Positions 30,069 to 39,371 of a stretch of DNA of 64,000 nt are shown one piece after another. The stretch's first letter is position 1. Every line of letters begins with the position of its first letter. Below the pieces are notes generated by a model, which was given only the letters and a program-made list of their open reading frames with translations, was not told the origin of the DNA and did not search any database. This DNA comes from Vannielia litorea (GTDB lineage Bacteria; Pseudomonadota; Alphaproteobacteria; Rhodobacterales; Rhodobacteraceae). A program made the translations under genes and the position numbers. Location: the NCBI RefSeq assembly GCF_019801175.1, contig NZ_JAHVJR010000001.1:2944580-3008579 (forward strand), given 5' to 3'.

Positions 30069-30113
30069 TCCGTCCGGCGCCCTGCCCGCGCCGCCCCGCG
30101 CGGCGGGCCTCCC

Positions 30114-30686
30114 GTGATGCAGGCCAACACCGCCCTCCTCCTCGTCATCCTCGTCGTGCAAACCCTCTGCGCGCTGTTCTTCGTCGGCGAGATCCTGTCC
30201 TCGGTCATCGGCTTCGCCCCCCTCAGCTGGCAGGTGCATGAGTTCATCGAGATCGGCGCCGCGCTGGGGCTCCTTCTCGGCATCCTGCTGGGCGGCATCG
30301 CCCTGCGCCGCACCATGTCGCGCAACGCCGCGCTGGGGCACCAGTTGCACGCCGCCTCCAGCGCCTTCATGGACCTGCTCGAAGAGCGCATCGCCGCCTG
30401 GGGCCTCACCCCGGCCGAGCGCGATGTGGCCATCTTCGCGGTGAAGGGCCTGACCATCCCCGAAATCGCCAGCCTGCGCCAAACCTCCGAGGGCACGGTG
30501 AAGGCCCAAACGGCAGCGATCTATCGTAAAGCCGGCGTCAACGGCCGTCCCCAGCTTCTCTCCCTCTTCATCGAAGAACTGATGGAGAGCGGCATGAACG
30601 AGCGCCTCGCCGCCAGCACCCTCGCCGCCACTCCACCCCCGGCCCGTCCCCAGCCCGCCGAAGCCGCCGAGGCCACCCCGCGATAG
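30114..30686 (+). CDS. Membrane-anchored LuxR/GerE-family transcriptional regulator
   Basis: Two N-terminal TM helices, then a LuxR-type HTH (LTPAERDVAIFAVKGLTIPEIASLRQTSEGTVKAQTAAIYRKAGVNGRPQL). Confidence 0.7.
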   Translation: MMQANTALLLVILVVQTLCALFFVGEILSSVIGFAPLSWQVHEFIEIGAALGLLLGILLGGIALRRTMSRNAALGHQLHAASSAFMDLLEERIAAWGLTPAERDVAIFAVKGLTIPEIASLRQTSEGTVKAQTAAIYRKAGVNGRPQLLSLFIEELMESGMNERLAASTLAATPPPARPQPAEAAEATPR

Positions 30687-30888
30687 CCCTGCCAGCACCT
30701 CCGCGTGGCAATTCTGCAACTTCACGGCCCATGACAGCATATTTCATGCGGCAGAATCGCGCATCCCGCCTATACGGCCCCTCCCGCTCGTAGCGGTCGG
30801 AGTTCAGCGGCTCGGGGTTTGATCCCCCGTCCGGTGCGGTGAGGCCCTGCCTCTGCCGTATGCCGAACCCGGCGCAGCCCTGCGGGAT

Positions 30889-30962
30889 GCGCGTGTAGCT
30901 CAGCGGAAGAGCGCCGGAATTTAATCCGGAGGCCGGAGGTTCAACTCCTTCCACGTGCGCCA
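30889..30962 (+). tRNA. tRNA-like gene with canonical acceptor, D and T arms and encoded CCA, but a 6-nt anticodon loop (ATTTAA); probable degenerate tRNA (Lys-TTT-like?)
   Basis: Hand-folded. Acceptor GCGCGTG/CACGTGC (one G-U pair), D-stem GCTC/GAGC, anticodon stem CCGGA/TCCGG with only 6 loop nt, T-arm GGAGG-TTCAACT-CCTTC, discriminator G, CCA. Total 74 nt. Confidence 0.45.
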
Positions 30963-31035
30963 TGGATGTAGCTCATTCGGGTAGAGCACCAGACTTCTAA
31001 TCTGGGTGTAGCGGGTTCGAATCCCGCCATCACCG
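30962..31035 (+). tRNA. tRNA-Arg(TCT)-like gene; perfect D, anticodon (CTTCTAA loop) and T arms but a mismatched acceptor stem and no encoded CCA
   Basis: D-stem GCTC/GAGC; anticodon stem CCAGA/TCTGG with loop CTTCTAA; T-arm GCGGG-TTCGAAT-CCCGC. The 3' acceptor CATCACC pairs with only 4 of 7 of the 5' ATGGATG. Its 5' end abuts or overlaps the CCA of the previous tRNA. Confidence 0.5.
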
Positions 31036-31433
31036 GCCCTTAAAAGGCCACCAGTTTCAGGAACTGGCCACCGCTTTGAACGGTGCATCTGAAGATACGG
31101 AGTTCGGGGTCGCCCTGTCGGGTGGCTCCGCGCCAATCCCGCGCCCTCGGGCAAGGGGGCGGCAAGGCGCTTCCCGACCCTGGCCACGGGCCGGCGGCGG
31201 GTGATGGCACGGGCCGGTGCAGGCCGGGCGGCGGGAGCACTCCCAATGCCCCACCCGCACCACGCCACGCCCTCTCCCCGGCCCGCCCGCTCGCAGCCAC
31301 GGCAGGGGCGGCCTCGGGCTCCACCCTTTCCGCGCCACCCGGCGCCTCACACCTGCCGTCCATCCCGGGCGCAACCCACCAAACCCAAAAGGAGATCGCG
31401 CGTGCGATAGCGAAGCGAAGAAGGAACGAGACA

Positions 31434-32567
31434 ATGACCATGATAGATTTTCTGACCGGGACCATCCCCGTCACCGTCACCGAAACCGAGCGTGTGCTCG
31501 TGCTGCGGCACGGGCGGTTCGCCTCCATGCTGACCGCTGGGCACTACCGCCTGCGGCGCAAGGGCACCACGCTGCACCGGTATGACATCGAGGCAAACCC
31601 TGCCTTCGTCTCGTCCTACAGCGACGCCTTGAAGCGCGCACGCCCCGATCTGCACGACGCCCACCTCACCGAGATCCGGGCCGAGGAGGCCGAGGTGGTG
31701 CTGATCTCGCTCTATGGCTGGCCCTGGCGCCTGCTCCACCCCGGCCACCGGGTCACCGTCTGGAAAGACGCGGGCCTCTGGACGGTCGAGCGCCACGCCG
31801 TGACCGGCCCCCTGCTGCCCAAGGCACTGGGGGACCGGCTCGAGGCCGCCGGGATCACGCGGGTCTACACCCCCGTGACCGTGCCCGATGGCCACACCGG
31901 CCTGCTCTTCACCGAGGGCGCGCTGGTGGGTGATCTGGCTCCCGGTCTGCACCGTGTCTGGTCGATCGGCGCCAAGTCGACCGTCACCACGGTCGATCTC
32001 CGCTGGCGGGCCCATGAGGTCACCGGCCATGAGATCCTCACGCGGGATCGGGTGACTCTGCGGGTCAACCTCTCGGCCACCTACCGGGTGGTCGATGCGC
32101 GGGCCGCGGTGACGGTGGTCAAGGACTACGCCGAAGCGCTCCACCGGGCGCTGGCCCTCGCTTTCCGGAAGACCCTCGGGGCGCTGACTCTCGACGAGCT
32201 TCTGGCCGACAAGGTCGCGGTCGACGAGACGGCGGCGGGCGAGGTCCGGGCGGCCATGGCCGAGCTCGGGCTCGAGGTGGCGGAAATCGCCCTGAAGGAC
32301 GTGATCCTTCCCGGCGAGATGCGCGAAATCCTCAACCGCGTCGTGGCGGCGGAGAAAGAGGCCGAGGCCAACGTCATCCGTCGGCGCGAAGAGACCAACG
32401 CGGTCCGGGCGCTGCACAACACGGCCAAGGTCATGGCGGACAACCCCGTCATGCTGCGGCTGAAAGAGCTGGAGGCGCTGGAAACCGTGGCCTCCAAGGT
32501 CGAGCGGCTCACCGTCCACAACGGGACGGCCGGGCTTCTGTCCGACCTCGTGAAGCTCCGCGACTGA
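31434..32567 (+). CDS. SPFH/Band-7 (stomatin/HflC-like) domain protein with N-terminal extension
   Basis: C-terminal half carries the SPFH signature (LRVNLSATYRVVDARAAVTVVKDY...ALTLDELLADKVAVDETA...LGLEVAEIALKDVILPGEMREILNRVVAAEKEAEANVIRRREETNAVRAL). Good Shine-Dalgarno (AAGGAACGAG). Start taken at the internal Met of the longer ORF. Confidence 0.8.
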   Translation: MTMIDFLTGTIPVTVTETERVLVLRHGRFASMLTAGHYRLRRKGTTLHRYDIEANPAFVSSYSDALKRARPDLHDAHLTEIRAEEAEVVLISLYGWPWRLLHPGHRVTVWKDAGLWTVERHAVTGPLLPKALGDRLEAAGITRVYTPVTVPDGHTGLLFTEGALVGDLAPGLHRVWSIGAKSTVTTVDLRWRAHEVTGHEILTRDRVTLRVNLSATYRVVDARAAVTVVKDYAEALHRALALAFRKTLGALTLDELLADKVAVDETAAGEVRAAMAELGLEVAEIALKDVILPGEMREILNRVVAAEKEAEANVIRRREETNAVRALHNTAKVMADNPVMLRLKELEALETVASKVERLTVHNGTAGLLSDLVKLRD

Positions 32568-32726
32568 ACCAACAGGCCGTCCGGCACCCCCGCCGGGCGG
32601 CCTACACCTACAATTCGCCTAAAATTCTCGCCCCGCCCTGGTCATTTTCTTGCTGAAAATATTCCCGGGGGGTCTGGGGGGCTGGCCCCCCAGTCAGCAC
32701 CGGCAAAGTGCGCAACGCCGCAAGGC

Positions 32727-33710
32727 TCACACCTCCTGCGCCGCCTCCCGCGCCACCGCCTCCAAGTCCATCCCCGGCTCGCCCACGGCCACCCATGCGG
32801 CACCCGGCGCCAGCCAGCGCACCATCTCCACACCGTCAAAGCTGCGCGGGGTAAACTCTTCGCTCCCCGGACCCTCCCGGCCCAGCACGCAAAGCGCCAT
32901 CACCTGGCCCTCAGCATCGGTATAGAGCAGCTGCGCCACCGGCTTGCCGCCTGCCACCAGCAGGCGTGCGCCCTGGAAGGTAAAGCCAGAGGCGGCAAGA
33001 TCCGGCACGCTGAACGGCACACCCGTCTCCTTGCCGAGCCATGTCTCGATGTGGTCCTTGTCACTCGCCGGCACCTCCACGAGGTGCGCCACCTGCCGGG
33101 CATAGACCCGGTGGTAATCGGCAATCTCGTCCATCCAGCCGCGCGTGGCATGGCCATCGGCCAGTTCCGTGCCTGGCACCAGCGCCCGCGTCATCAGCGC
33201 CCCGGCCCCCGCGCCCACCAAAAGCAGCGCCAGCGCCGCGGCGATGGATGAGGAAAAGAACGGTTGGCGGTTCTCATTGGCCGCGGCATAGGCCGGCGGC
33301 GGCATCTCTTCGCGCGGCGCATTGCCCCCGGCTGGAATGCCCCCAACCGAAGGCGCGCCGCCGCCCAGCGCTGCTTGCCCCGGCACGCCCGGCTCGGCCT
33401 CGGCCACATCCGGTGCAGGGGCCGCGCCCTCGCCGGCCGGCGTCGCAGCGGCCACCGTGGGCCGGGCCTCTTCCAGCCGGGTGCCCGGCGTGGTGGTGGC
33501 CGATATCGTCGCCAGCAGCTCGGGCGGCAACGGTGCGTCGAGCAGGCTGTCAAAGGCCACGCCCACCTCGGCATCCAGCGCGCCCGCCGCCTCGATCTCT
33601 GCAGCAAGGCTCGGGTCTTCGGCGGCTTCGGCCTCGAAGGCAGCGGCCTCGGCGGCGCTCATCGCCCCGTCGAGATAGGCAGAGATGCGGTCCATCCGAT
33701 CGGCCATCAT
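32727..33710 (-). CDS. Anti-sigma factor (zf-HC2/RskA-like N-domain, Pro/Ala-rich linker, single TM, periplasmic C-domain)
   Basis: N-terminus MDRISAYLDGAMSAAEAAAFEAEAAEDPSLAAEIEA is typical anti-sigma. Start overlaps the sigma gene's stop by 4 nt. Confidence 0.7.
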   Translation of the reverse strand: MMADRMDRISAYLDGAMSAAEAAAFEAEAAEDPSLAAEIEAAGALDAEVGVAFDSLLDAPLPPELLATISATTTPGTRLEEARPTVAAATPAGEGAAPAPDVAEAEPGVPGQAALGGGAPSVGGIPAGGNAPREEMPPPAYAAANENRQPFFSSSIAAALALLLVGAGAGALMTRALVPGTELADGHATRGWMDEIADYHRVYARQVAHLVEVPASDKDHIETWLGKETGVPFSVPDLAASGFTFQGARLLVAGGKPVAQLLYTDAEGQVMALCVLGREGPGSEEFTPRSFDGVEMVRWLAPGAAWVAVGEPGMDLEAVAREAAQEV

Positions 33711-34210
33711 GCCGCCTCCCCTGCCAGAGCCGCCCGCAAGCGCACACGCGCCGCCGACATGCGTGACATCACCGTGCCCGGCGGAATATCGAGGATCGAC
33801 GCCGCCTCGGCATAGCTGTGGCCCTCCACCGAGACGAGCAGCAGCACCGATGAGAGCCCCTCGGGCAGCGCCATGATCTGCGCCATCACCTGCCCCGCGC
33901 GAGTGGCCTCCTCACCGCCCGCATGGCTCACCAGTTCGGCGGCCTCCTCAGCTGGCACCGTGCCCTCGCCCGTTCGCACCTGCCGCTTGCGCATCTCCGA
34001 TGTCCAGAGATTGCGCGCCATCGTGTAAAGCCACGGCAGCAGCGGCTGCTCGGGGTTCCACTTGGCGGCATTGGTTATGGCACGTTCGCAGGTCATCTGA
34101 ACAAGGTCATCGCCCTCGGATGGGTGGCGGGTCAGGCTGAGCGCAAAGCGCCGCAGCCGCGGAAGGCTGGCCAGAAGCTCGGCCTGAAAATCTGTCGCGT
34201 CGGGCTGCAA
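33707..34210 (-). CDS. ECF (sigma-70 family) RNA polymerase sigma factor
   Basis: Region 2 (LPRLRRFALSLTRHPSEGDDLVQMTCERAI) and region 4 HTH (LPEGLSSVLLLVSVEGHSYAEAASILDIPPGTVMSRMSAARVRLR). Confidence 0.85.
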   Translation of the reverse strand: MQPDATDFQAELLASLPRLRRFALSLTRHPSEGDDLVQMTCERAITNAAKWNPEQPLLPWLYTMARNLWTSEMRKRQVRTGEGTVPAEEAAELVSHAGGEEATRAGQVMAQIMALPEGLSSVLLLVSVEGHSYAEAASILDIPPGTVMSRMSAARVRLRAALAGEAA

Positions 34211-34369
34211 GCTGCGGCCTCCTCGGAGCGGTGCGAACCCCCTGGTCCGCGTGGCCCGATAGAAACCAAAGGCCGGTCGCGATGCAACCGCCCGTGCGAA
34301 AATGCGCCCGGACGGTTGGCTTTTTGGGGCAGGCAGGGATGGCGCCTGCCCCTCGGGTGTGCAGCGGGA

Positions 34370-34906
34370 TCAATAATCCACCGCAACCCCGCCAATCGCC
34401 TGCATCAGGCTGGCATAAGCCCATGTGTCCTGCCCGCCGCGCAGGGCGATCTCTTCAAGCTGCTCGGTCGCGCCCGCAAGGTCGCCCTCGGCGGCAAGGC
34501 CCTGGCCCATGTAGGAGCGGGCAAGGATGTAATCGGGGTCCACGTTCAGCGCGGCCTGGTAAAAGCCCATCGCAGCGCCGGTGTCGCCCATCTTGCGGTG
34601 GGTGAAGCCCTTGTAGTTCAGGATGCGCGGGTCGTTCTGGTCTTCGGCGGCGGCCAGCACCATCAGGGCGCGGTCGTATTTGCCATTGTAGGCCAGCTCG
34701 CGGGCGGCTTCGTAGCGGTCGTCGTCGGTCACGGCTTCGGACTTGGCGTCGAGGCACTTGGCGGTCTTCTCGTCAAACACCTGCCCTTTCTCGCACTTCG
34801 TGGTCGTCGAGGTGCTGGTCGGCGGTGTGGTGCTGTCGGAGCCTGCGGCAAAGGCCGGGGCGGCCATGGCGAGGAGAACGGCGGTCATCGGAAGAATGCG
34901 GGTCAT
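34370..34906 (-). CDS. Secreted tetratricopeptide-repeat protein
   Basis: Signal peptide MTRILPMTAVLLAMAAPAFA. TPR-like repeats (AYNGKYDRALMVLAAAEDQND...GAAMGFYQAALNVDPDYILARSYMGQGLAAEGDLAGA). Confidence 0.7.
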   Translation of the reverse strand: MTRILPMTAVLLAMAAPAFAAGSDSTTPPTSTSTTTKCEKGQVFDEKTAKCLDAKSEAVTDDDRYEAARELAYNGKYDRALMVLAAAEDQNDPRILNYKGFTHRKMGDTGAAMGFYQAALNVDPDYILARSYMGQGLAAEGDLAGATEQLEEIALRGGQDTWAYASLMQAIGGVAVDY

Positions 34907-35060
34907 CTGTCGGTCCTTTGGGTCAATGGTCTGGTTCGGTTTATCTCGGTGACGGCCCTCATCGGCTGTCATGAGAGTTACGCAGCAGCACCCCGGTTTA
35001 TTCATTGCCGACTGAGATTATTTCGCGAAAATCTCGTAACCCATTGACCACGCGGCAAAA

Positions 35061-35441
35061 CTATTTCGCCGCCACGGCCTGCAAAACCTTCAGCGGCACG
35101 ATCTCCAGCGCCTTCTGATGGGTCGCCTCCAGCACCACCTCGGGCGGGCAGCCCTCGTCATGGGCCTGCATGAACCGGCTGGCACAGAGGCACCAGCGGT
35201 CGCCGGGCTTCAACCCGTCAAACCCGTATTGCGGCATCGGCGTGCTCAGGTCGTTGCCCACGTATTTGCTGTAGGCGAGGAACTCCGCCGTCATCACCGC
35301 GCACACCGTATGGCTCCCCGCATCGGCGAGGCAGGAGTTGCAATGCCCGTCGCGGAAGAACCCCGTCACCGGATCGTTGGAGCAGGGCTCCAGATCGCCG
35401 CCCAGCACGTTGAGCGAGGGGTATTTCTCCAGTGCGGTCAT
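35061..35441 (-). CDS. DUF2237 family protein
   Basis: 126 aa. Conserved Cys pattern and a PEVVLEATH motif typical of DUF2237. Confidence 0.65.
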   Translation of the reverse strand: MTALEKYPSLNVLGGDLEPCSNDPVTGFFRDGHCNSCLADAGSHTVCAVMTAEFLAYSKYVGNDLSTPMPQYGFDGLKPGDRWCLCASRFMQAHDEGCPPEVVLEATHQKALEIVPLKVLQAVAAK

Positions 35442-36643
35442 CAGCGGGCCTCCACGTTGGTTATGGCGATGCGGCGGAACCAGTCGATCATCCCGTCCTG
35501 CACCGCACCTTGCCCAAAGCCGTGGTCCGCCGCGCTCACCGCGACGACCACCTGCGCCGGGCGGTTGATGTAGATGTATTGCCCATAGATCCCCACGGCC
35601 AGAAATTCACCTTCTCCCGTCTTCGGCACCCACCAGTGATAGCCGTAGCGCAACGCGCCCGGCGCGGTGTTGGCCCTTGGCAGAGTGCTCTCGCGCACCC
35701 AGTCATAGGGCACGATCCGCCGCTCCCCGAGCCGCCCGTCCTGCAAATACATCTGCCCGAAGAGCGCATAGTCCCGCAGGCTCATGTTCAGCCCGCCCAG
35801 CACAAACCCCTGCCCCCGCGCATCGGTCAGCAGCGTCGGGCGGCTCTCCAGCCCCATCGGCGCCAGCAGCCGCTCGCCGAGCAACGTCGCCATGTCCTGC
35901 CCGGTCGCGCCGCGCAGCACCATGCCCAGCACATGGGTGTCCATCGACACGTAGCGCCAGACCTCTCCCGGCGGCCCGGCCCGGCGGTCGAGCCCCTCGG
36001 TGAACCCGTCGAGCGAGCCGCCCAGCGCAAGGATACGGCCCATCCGGTTGATGTCGGACCAGTAGTCGAAATAGTCCTCGTTGAAGGCCACGCCCGACTG
36101 CATCAGCAGCACATCGCCAACGCTCGCCCCGTCATAGGCGCTGCCTTCAAGCGCCGGAGCATATTGCGTCACCGGGTCGTCGAGGCTTTCGATCTCGCCC
36201 GCATCCAGCACGATCCCGAGCAGCGCTGAGACAAAGCTCTTCGACACCGACCACGAGATCCGCAGGTCATCGCGCCCGGTGCCCTCGCGGTACACCTCCT
36301 GCGTCACCTGCCCGTCGGAGAGCACCACCAGCCCGGTGATCCGCCGCTCCGCCATCCATGCCTCCGACCCTTCGGGCAGCGGCACCGGCGGGGCCTCCAG
36401 CACCGGCTGCACCGCATCGCCCGGCCCAACCGGCAGCGCGACCCAGTGAAAGAGCTCGCCCATGTGGGTGAAGTTCCAGACGATCCGCTCCGGATCGAAG
36501 AGCTTCTGCACCGCCCAGAGCCGCGCCACCTCCTCGCGCTTCACCCAAGCCGCCGCCCCCGCCAAGACGAGCAGCAGGAGCAATCCGAGACCTATGGCTT
36601 TCAACGCGGCACGCATGGTCCGATCCGACCACGAGAGCCGCAC
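35441..36643 (-). CDS. Serine hydrolase, beta-lactamase-related family (class C/esterase-like)
   Basis: N-terminal TM/signal. SxxK nucleophile motif (SWSVSKSF) plus Tyr and KTG-like downstream boxes. Confidence 0.8.
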   Translation of the reverse strand: MRLSWSDRTMRAALKAIGLGLLLLLVLAGAAAWVKREEVARLWAVQKLFDPERIVWNFTHMGELFHWVALPVGPGDAVQPVLEAPPVPLPEGSEAWMAERRITGLVVLSDGQVTQEVYREGTGRDDLRISWSVSKSFVSALLGIVLDAGEIESLDDPVTQYAPALEGSAYDGASVGDVLLMQSGVAFNEDYFDYWSDINRMGRILALGGSLDGFTEGLDRRAGPPGEVWRYVSMDTHVLGMVLRGATGQDMATLLGERLLAPMGLESRPTLLTDARGQGFVLGGLNMSLRDYALFGQMYLQDGRLGERRIVPYDWVRESTLPRANTAPGALRYGYHWWVPKTGEGEFLAVGIYGQYIYINRPAQVVVAVSAADHGFGQGAVQDGMIDWFRRIAITNVEAR

Positions 36644-36815
36644 CGGCGCAAGCAGCCCCGGCTTGACTCATCGGCCCTCCCTCTGCCCGAATGGCTTTGG
36701 TGCTCCCGCGCCAGCCCGGAAGCGACCGAAACCAAGGGAGGAGCATGGCAAAACCGCACCGCGCTGACCCAAGGGCGCTTGCCCGCCCGCTTCAGGCCAA
36801 GCCCAAGGCAAAGGC

Positions 36816-39371
36816 ATGATCACCTCGGTCGTCCTCAGCCTGACCATGCTCCTGCTGTCCGCCGGGGCGCTCTATGCCATCTACTCCTCCCAAAGCCTCG
36901 CCCGCCGCCCACCGCTCCGCGATGCCGCCATCGGCACCGCCCTCGGCATCACCGTCGCCCTGCTGATCGAAACACACGGGCTGACCGAGCTTGTCGCGCC
37001 CCTCGTGGCCAAATCCGGCCCACTGGTGCTGGCCGGCTATCTCGGCGGCCCCATCGGCACGGCGGCGGCAGCGGTGTTTGCCCTCGGCGCCCGGGTCTGG
37101 ATGGGCGGGCCGGTGATGGCCGAGGGCCTGCTGCTCATCGCCGGCCTGCTGCTCACCGGCCTCGCCATCCGCGCCCTCGCGCCCCCGCGCGACTGGCCCC
37201 GCGTGCCGCTCCGCCACCTCGCCCTGCTGCTCATCGGGTTCGCCTTCGTGCAATCCATCGTGCCGATGCTTCCCCGCGTCAGCGCCGCGATCGGCGCGCT
37301 TGGCAGCCCTGTCGTCATCCTGCCAGGCATCCTGCTGGGCGGAGCCATCTCGATCGTCCTCACCTGGGCCTTGAACGAGATCGCCCGCCGCACCGCCCAC
37401 GGCCTCACCGAGAAAGACGAGCTGCTCGCCCGCATGGGCATCATCCTGCCCCACGCCGGTGTGGGCACCTTCCGCTACTACGGCGAGAGCAACACCTACC
37501 ACGTCGACGAGGGCTTCATGCGGCTCTACGGCCTGTCGCGCCCTCCCGGCCCGATCGATTACGCCACCTTCGACGCCCTCGTTCACCCCGACGACCGCGC
37601 CCGGATGGCCCGCGCGAAGGACGAGGCCGAGGCCGGCAGCACCGCCCGCGACCAGATCGACATTCGCGCCATCCGGTCCGATGGCACCCCGCTCGAGATC
37701 CGCCTCAACTGGGTGGTGTTCCGCGAGGCCCCTGACGGGCCGGTCGAGATGGTCGGCGTCCACCGCGACCTCACCGATATCCGGCGGGCGCAGCAGGCGC
37801 TCGACAAGGCCGAGCAGCGCTCCTCCACCATCGCCGCCAACCTGCCGGGCGTGGTGGTGCAACTGCTGATCGACAAAGATGGCAGCCGCCGCCTCACCTA
37901 CATCGGCCCCAAGTGCCTCGAGGTCTGGGGCTACCCTGCGGAGGAGGTCATGGCCGACAATTCGCTCATCCGCAGCGGCCAGCCGCCCGAGGATGTCGAG
38001 CGTTTCGTGGCCGACATGCGCGCGGCCCTGGTCCGCGGTGCGCCCATCCGCAGCCGCATCCCGGTCACCGACCGCATCGGCACCACCCGCTGGATGGAGT
38101 TCTATGGCTCCGGCACGCCCCTGCCCGAGGGCGGCCATCAGGTCGATGGCATCTTCATCGATGTCTCCGCCGAGGTCGCCGCACGCGCCGAGGCCGACCA
38201 CAATCTCGAACTGGCCCACAGCGCCCAGCGCAACGAGGCCATCGGCAAGCTCACCGGTGGCGTGGCGCATGATTTCAACAACATCCTCGCGGTGATCCTC
38301 GGCAACCTCGAGCTCCTGCGCGAAGACATAAGCTCGGCTGACAGGCTCTCGCTGATCGATGCCGCCATCGAGGCCAGCCAGCGCGGCGCGCAGCTCACCC
38401 GCGCCATGCTCGCCTTCGCCCGCAAGTCCCGGCTCGATCCCGAGGTGGTCGACCTCAACGACATCGCCCGCCAGTCCGACAACTGGATGCGCCGCGCCCT
38501 GCCCACCTCCGTCTCGGTCGAAACCTCGCTGCTGGGCGGCCTCTGGCCGGTGCTGGCCGACCCGGCCACGCTGGAGAGCGCCCTGCTCAACCTCATCGTC
38601 AATGCCCGCGATGCAATGCGGGGCAAGGGCAGCCTCACCATTGAAACCGCCAATGTGCGCATCGACCAAAGCTACATCGACGCCCGCAATGAAGAGATCG
38701 CGCCGGGCCGCTACGTCATGCTCGCCGTCTCCGACACCGGCACCGGCATCGCGCCCGAAGACCTGCCGCATATCTTCGAGCCGTTTTATTCCACCAAGCC
38801 CCCCGCTTCCGGCTCCGGGCTGGGGTTGTCGATGGTCATGGGCTTCGTCCGCCAGTCCGGCGGCACCGTGCAGGTCTATTCCGAGCCGGGCACCGGCACG
38901 ACCTTCAAGCTTTACTTTCCCGCCGCCGATGGCGCCCCGATGCAGCCCGCCGCGCCCGCGCCCGTGGCCGATGAAACCCCGCCCACCGGCAAGCGCCTGC
39001 TGCTGGCCGAGGATGAGAGCGGCGTGAACGACGTGCTCCTCTCCATCCTCACCCGCGCCGGCTACGAGGTGACCGCCACCGCCACCGGCGATGCCGCCCT
39101 CGCCGCCTTTCTGGAGGAGCCGGAAGCCTTTGATGTGGTGCTGACCGATATCGTCATGCCCGGCGCGCTTCAGGGCACCGGGCTGGCCCGCGCCCTGCGC
39201 GCCCGCCGTCCCGATCTGCCCATCGTGTTCCTCTCGGGCTACGCCTCCGAGGCCACGGTGCATGGCAACGGGCTCCACGCCGACGACATCCGCCTTATGA
39301 AGCCCGTGCCCCGCGACGAGCTGCTCGCCGCGGTCGAGAGGGCAATGGCCCAAGGGGCCACGCCCGGCTAG
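36816..39371 (+). CDS. Hybrid sensor histidine kinase/response regulator (membrane N-domain, PAS domains, HisKA, HATPase, C-terminal receiver)
   Basis: H-box AHDFNNILAVILGNLELL. N, G1 and G2 boxes (NLIVNARDAM...DTGTGI...GSGLGLSMV). Receiver with D (VVLTDIVMPG). Confidence 0.85.
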   Translation: MITSVVLSLTMLLLSAGALYAIYSSQSLARRPPLRDAAIGTALGITVALLIETHGLTELVAPLVAKSGPLVLAGYLGGPIGTAAAAVFALGARVWMGGPVMAEGLLLIAGLLLTGLAIRALAPPRDWPRVPLRHLALLLIGFAFVQSIVPMLPRVSAAIGALGSPVVILPGILLGGAISIVLTWALNEIARRTAHGLTEKDELLARMGIILPHAGVGTFRYYGESNTYHVDEGFMRLYGLSRPPGPIDYATFDALVHPDDRARMARAKDEAEAGSTARDQIDIRAIRSDGTPLEIRLNWVVFREAPDGPVEMVGVHRDLTDIRRAQQALDKAEQRSSTIAANLPGVVVQLLIDKDGSRRLTYIGPKCLEVWGYPAEEVMADNSLIRSGQPPEDVERFVADMRAALVRGAPIRSRIPVTDRIGTTRWMEFYGSGTPLPEGGHQVDGIFIDVSAEVAARAEADHNLELAHSAQRNEAIGKLTGGVAHDFNNILAVILGNLELLREDISSADRLSLIDAAIEASQRGAQLTRAMLAFARKSRLDPEVVDLNDIARQSDNWMRRALPTSVSVETSLLGGLWPVLADPATLESALLNLIVNARDAMRGKGSLTIETANVRIDQSYIDARNEEIAPGRYVMLAVSDTGTGIAPEDLPHIFEPFYSTKPPASGSGLGLSMVMGFVRQSGGTVQVYSEPGTGTTFKLYFPAADGAPMQPAAPAPVADETPPTGKRLLLAEDESGVNDVLLSILTRAGYEVTATATGDAALAAFLEEPEAFDVVLTDIVMPGALQGTGLARALRARRPDLPIVFLSGYASEATVHGNGLHADDIRLMKPVPRDELLAAVERAMAQGATPG

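Noticed and set aside
30889-31433. Genomic island with integrase at the tRNA locus
   Set aside because: No integrase, recombinase, transposase or phage genes are found on either side. Only an indel-like islet (polyD genes + LuxR) and degenerate tRNAs, so I report it as a possible old scar, not a mobile element.
36792-39353. 853-aa minus-strand ORF
   Set aside because: Antisense to a hybrid histidine kinase with clear H, N, G1, G2 and receiver motifs. It is Gly/Ala/Arg-rich and typical of spurious long antisense ORFs in high-GC DNA.
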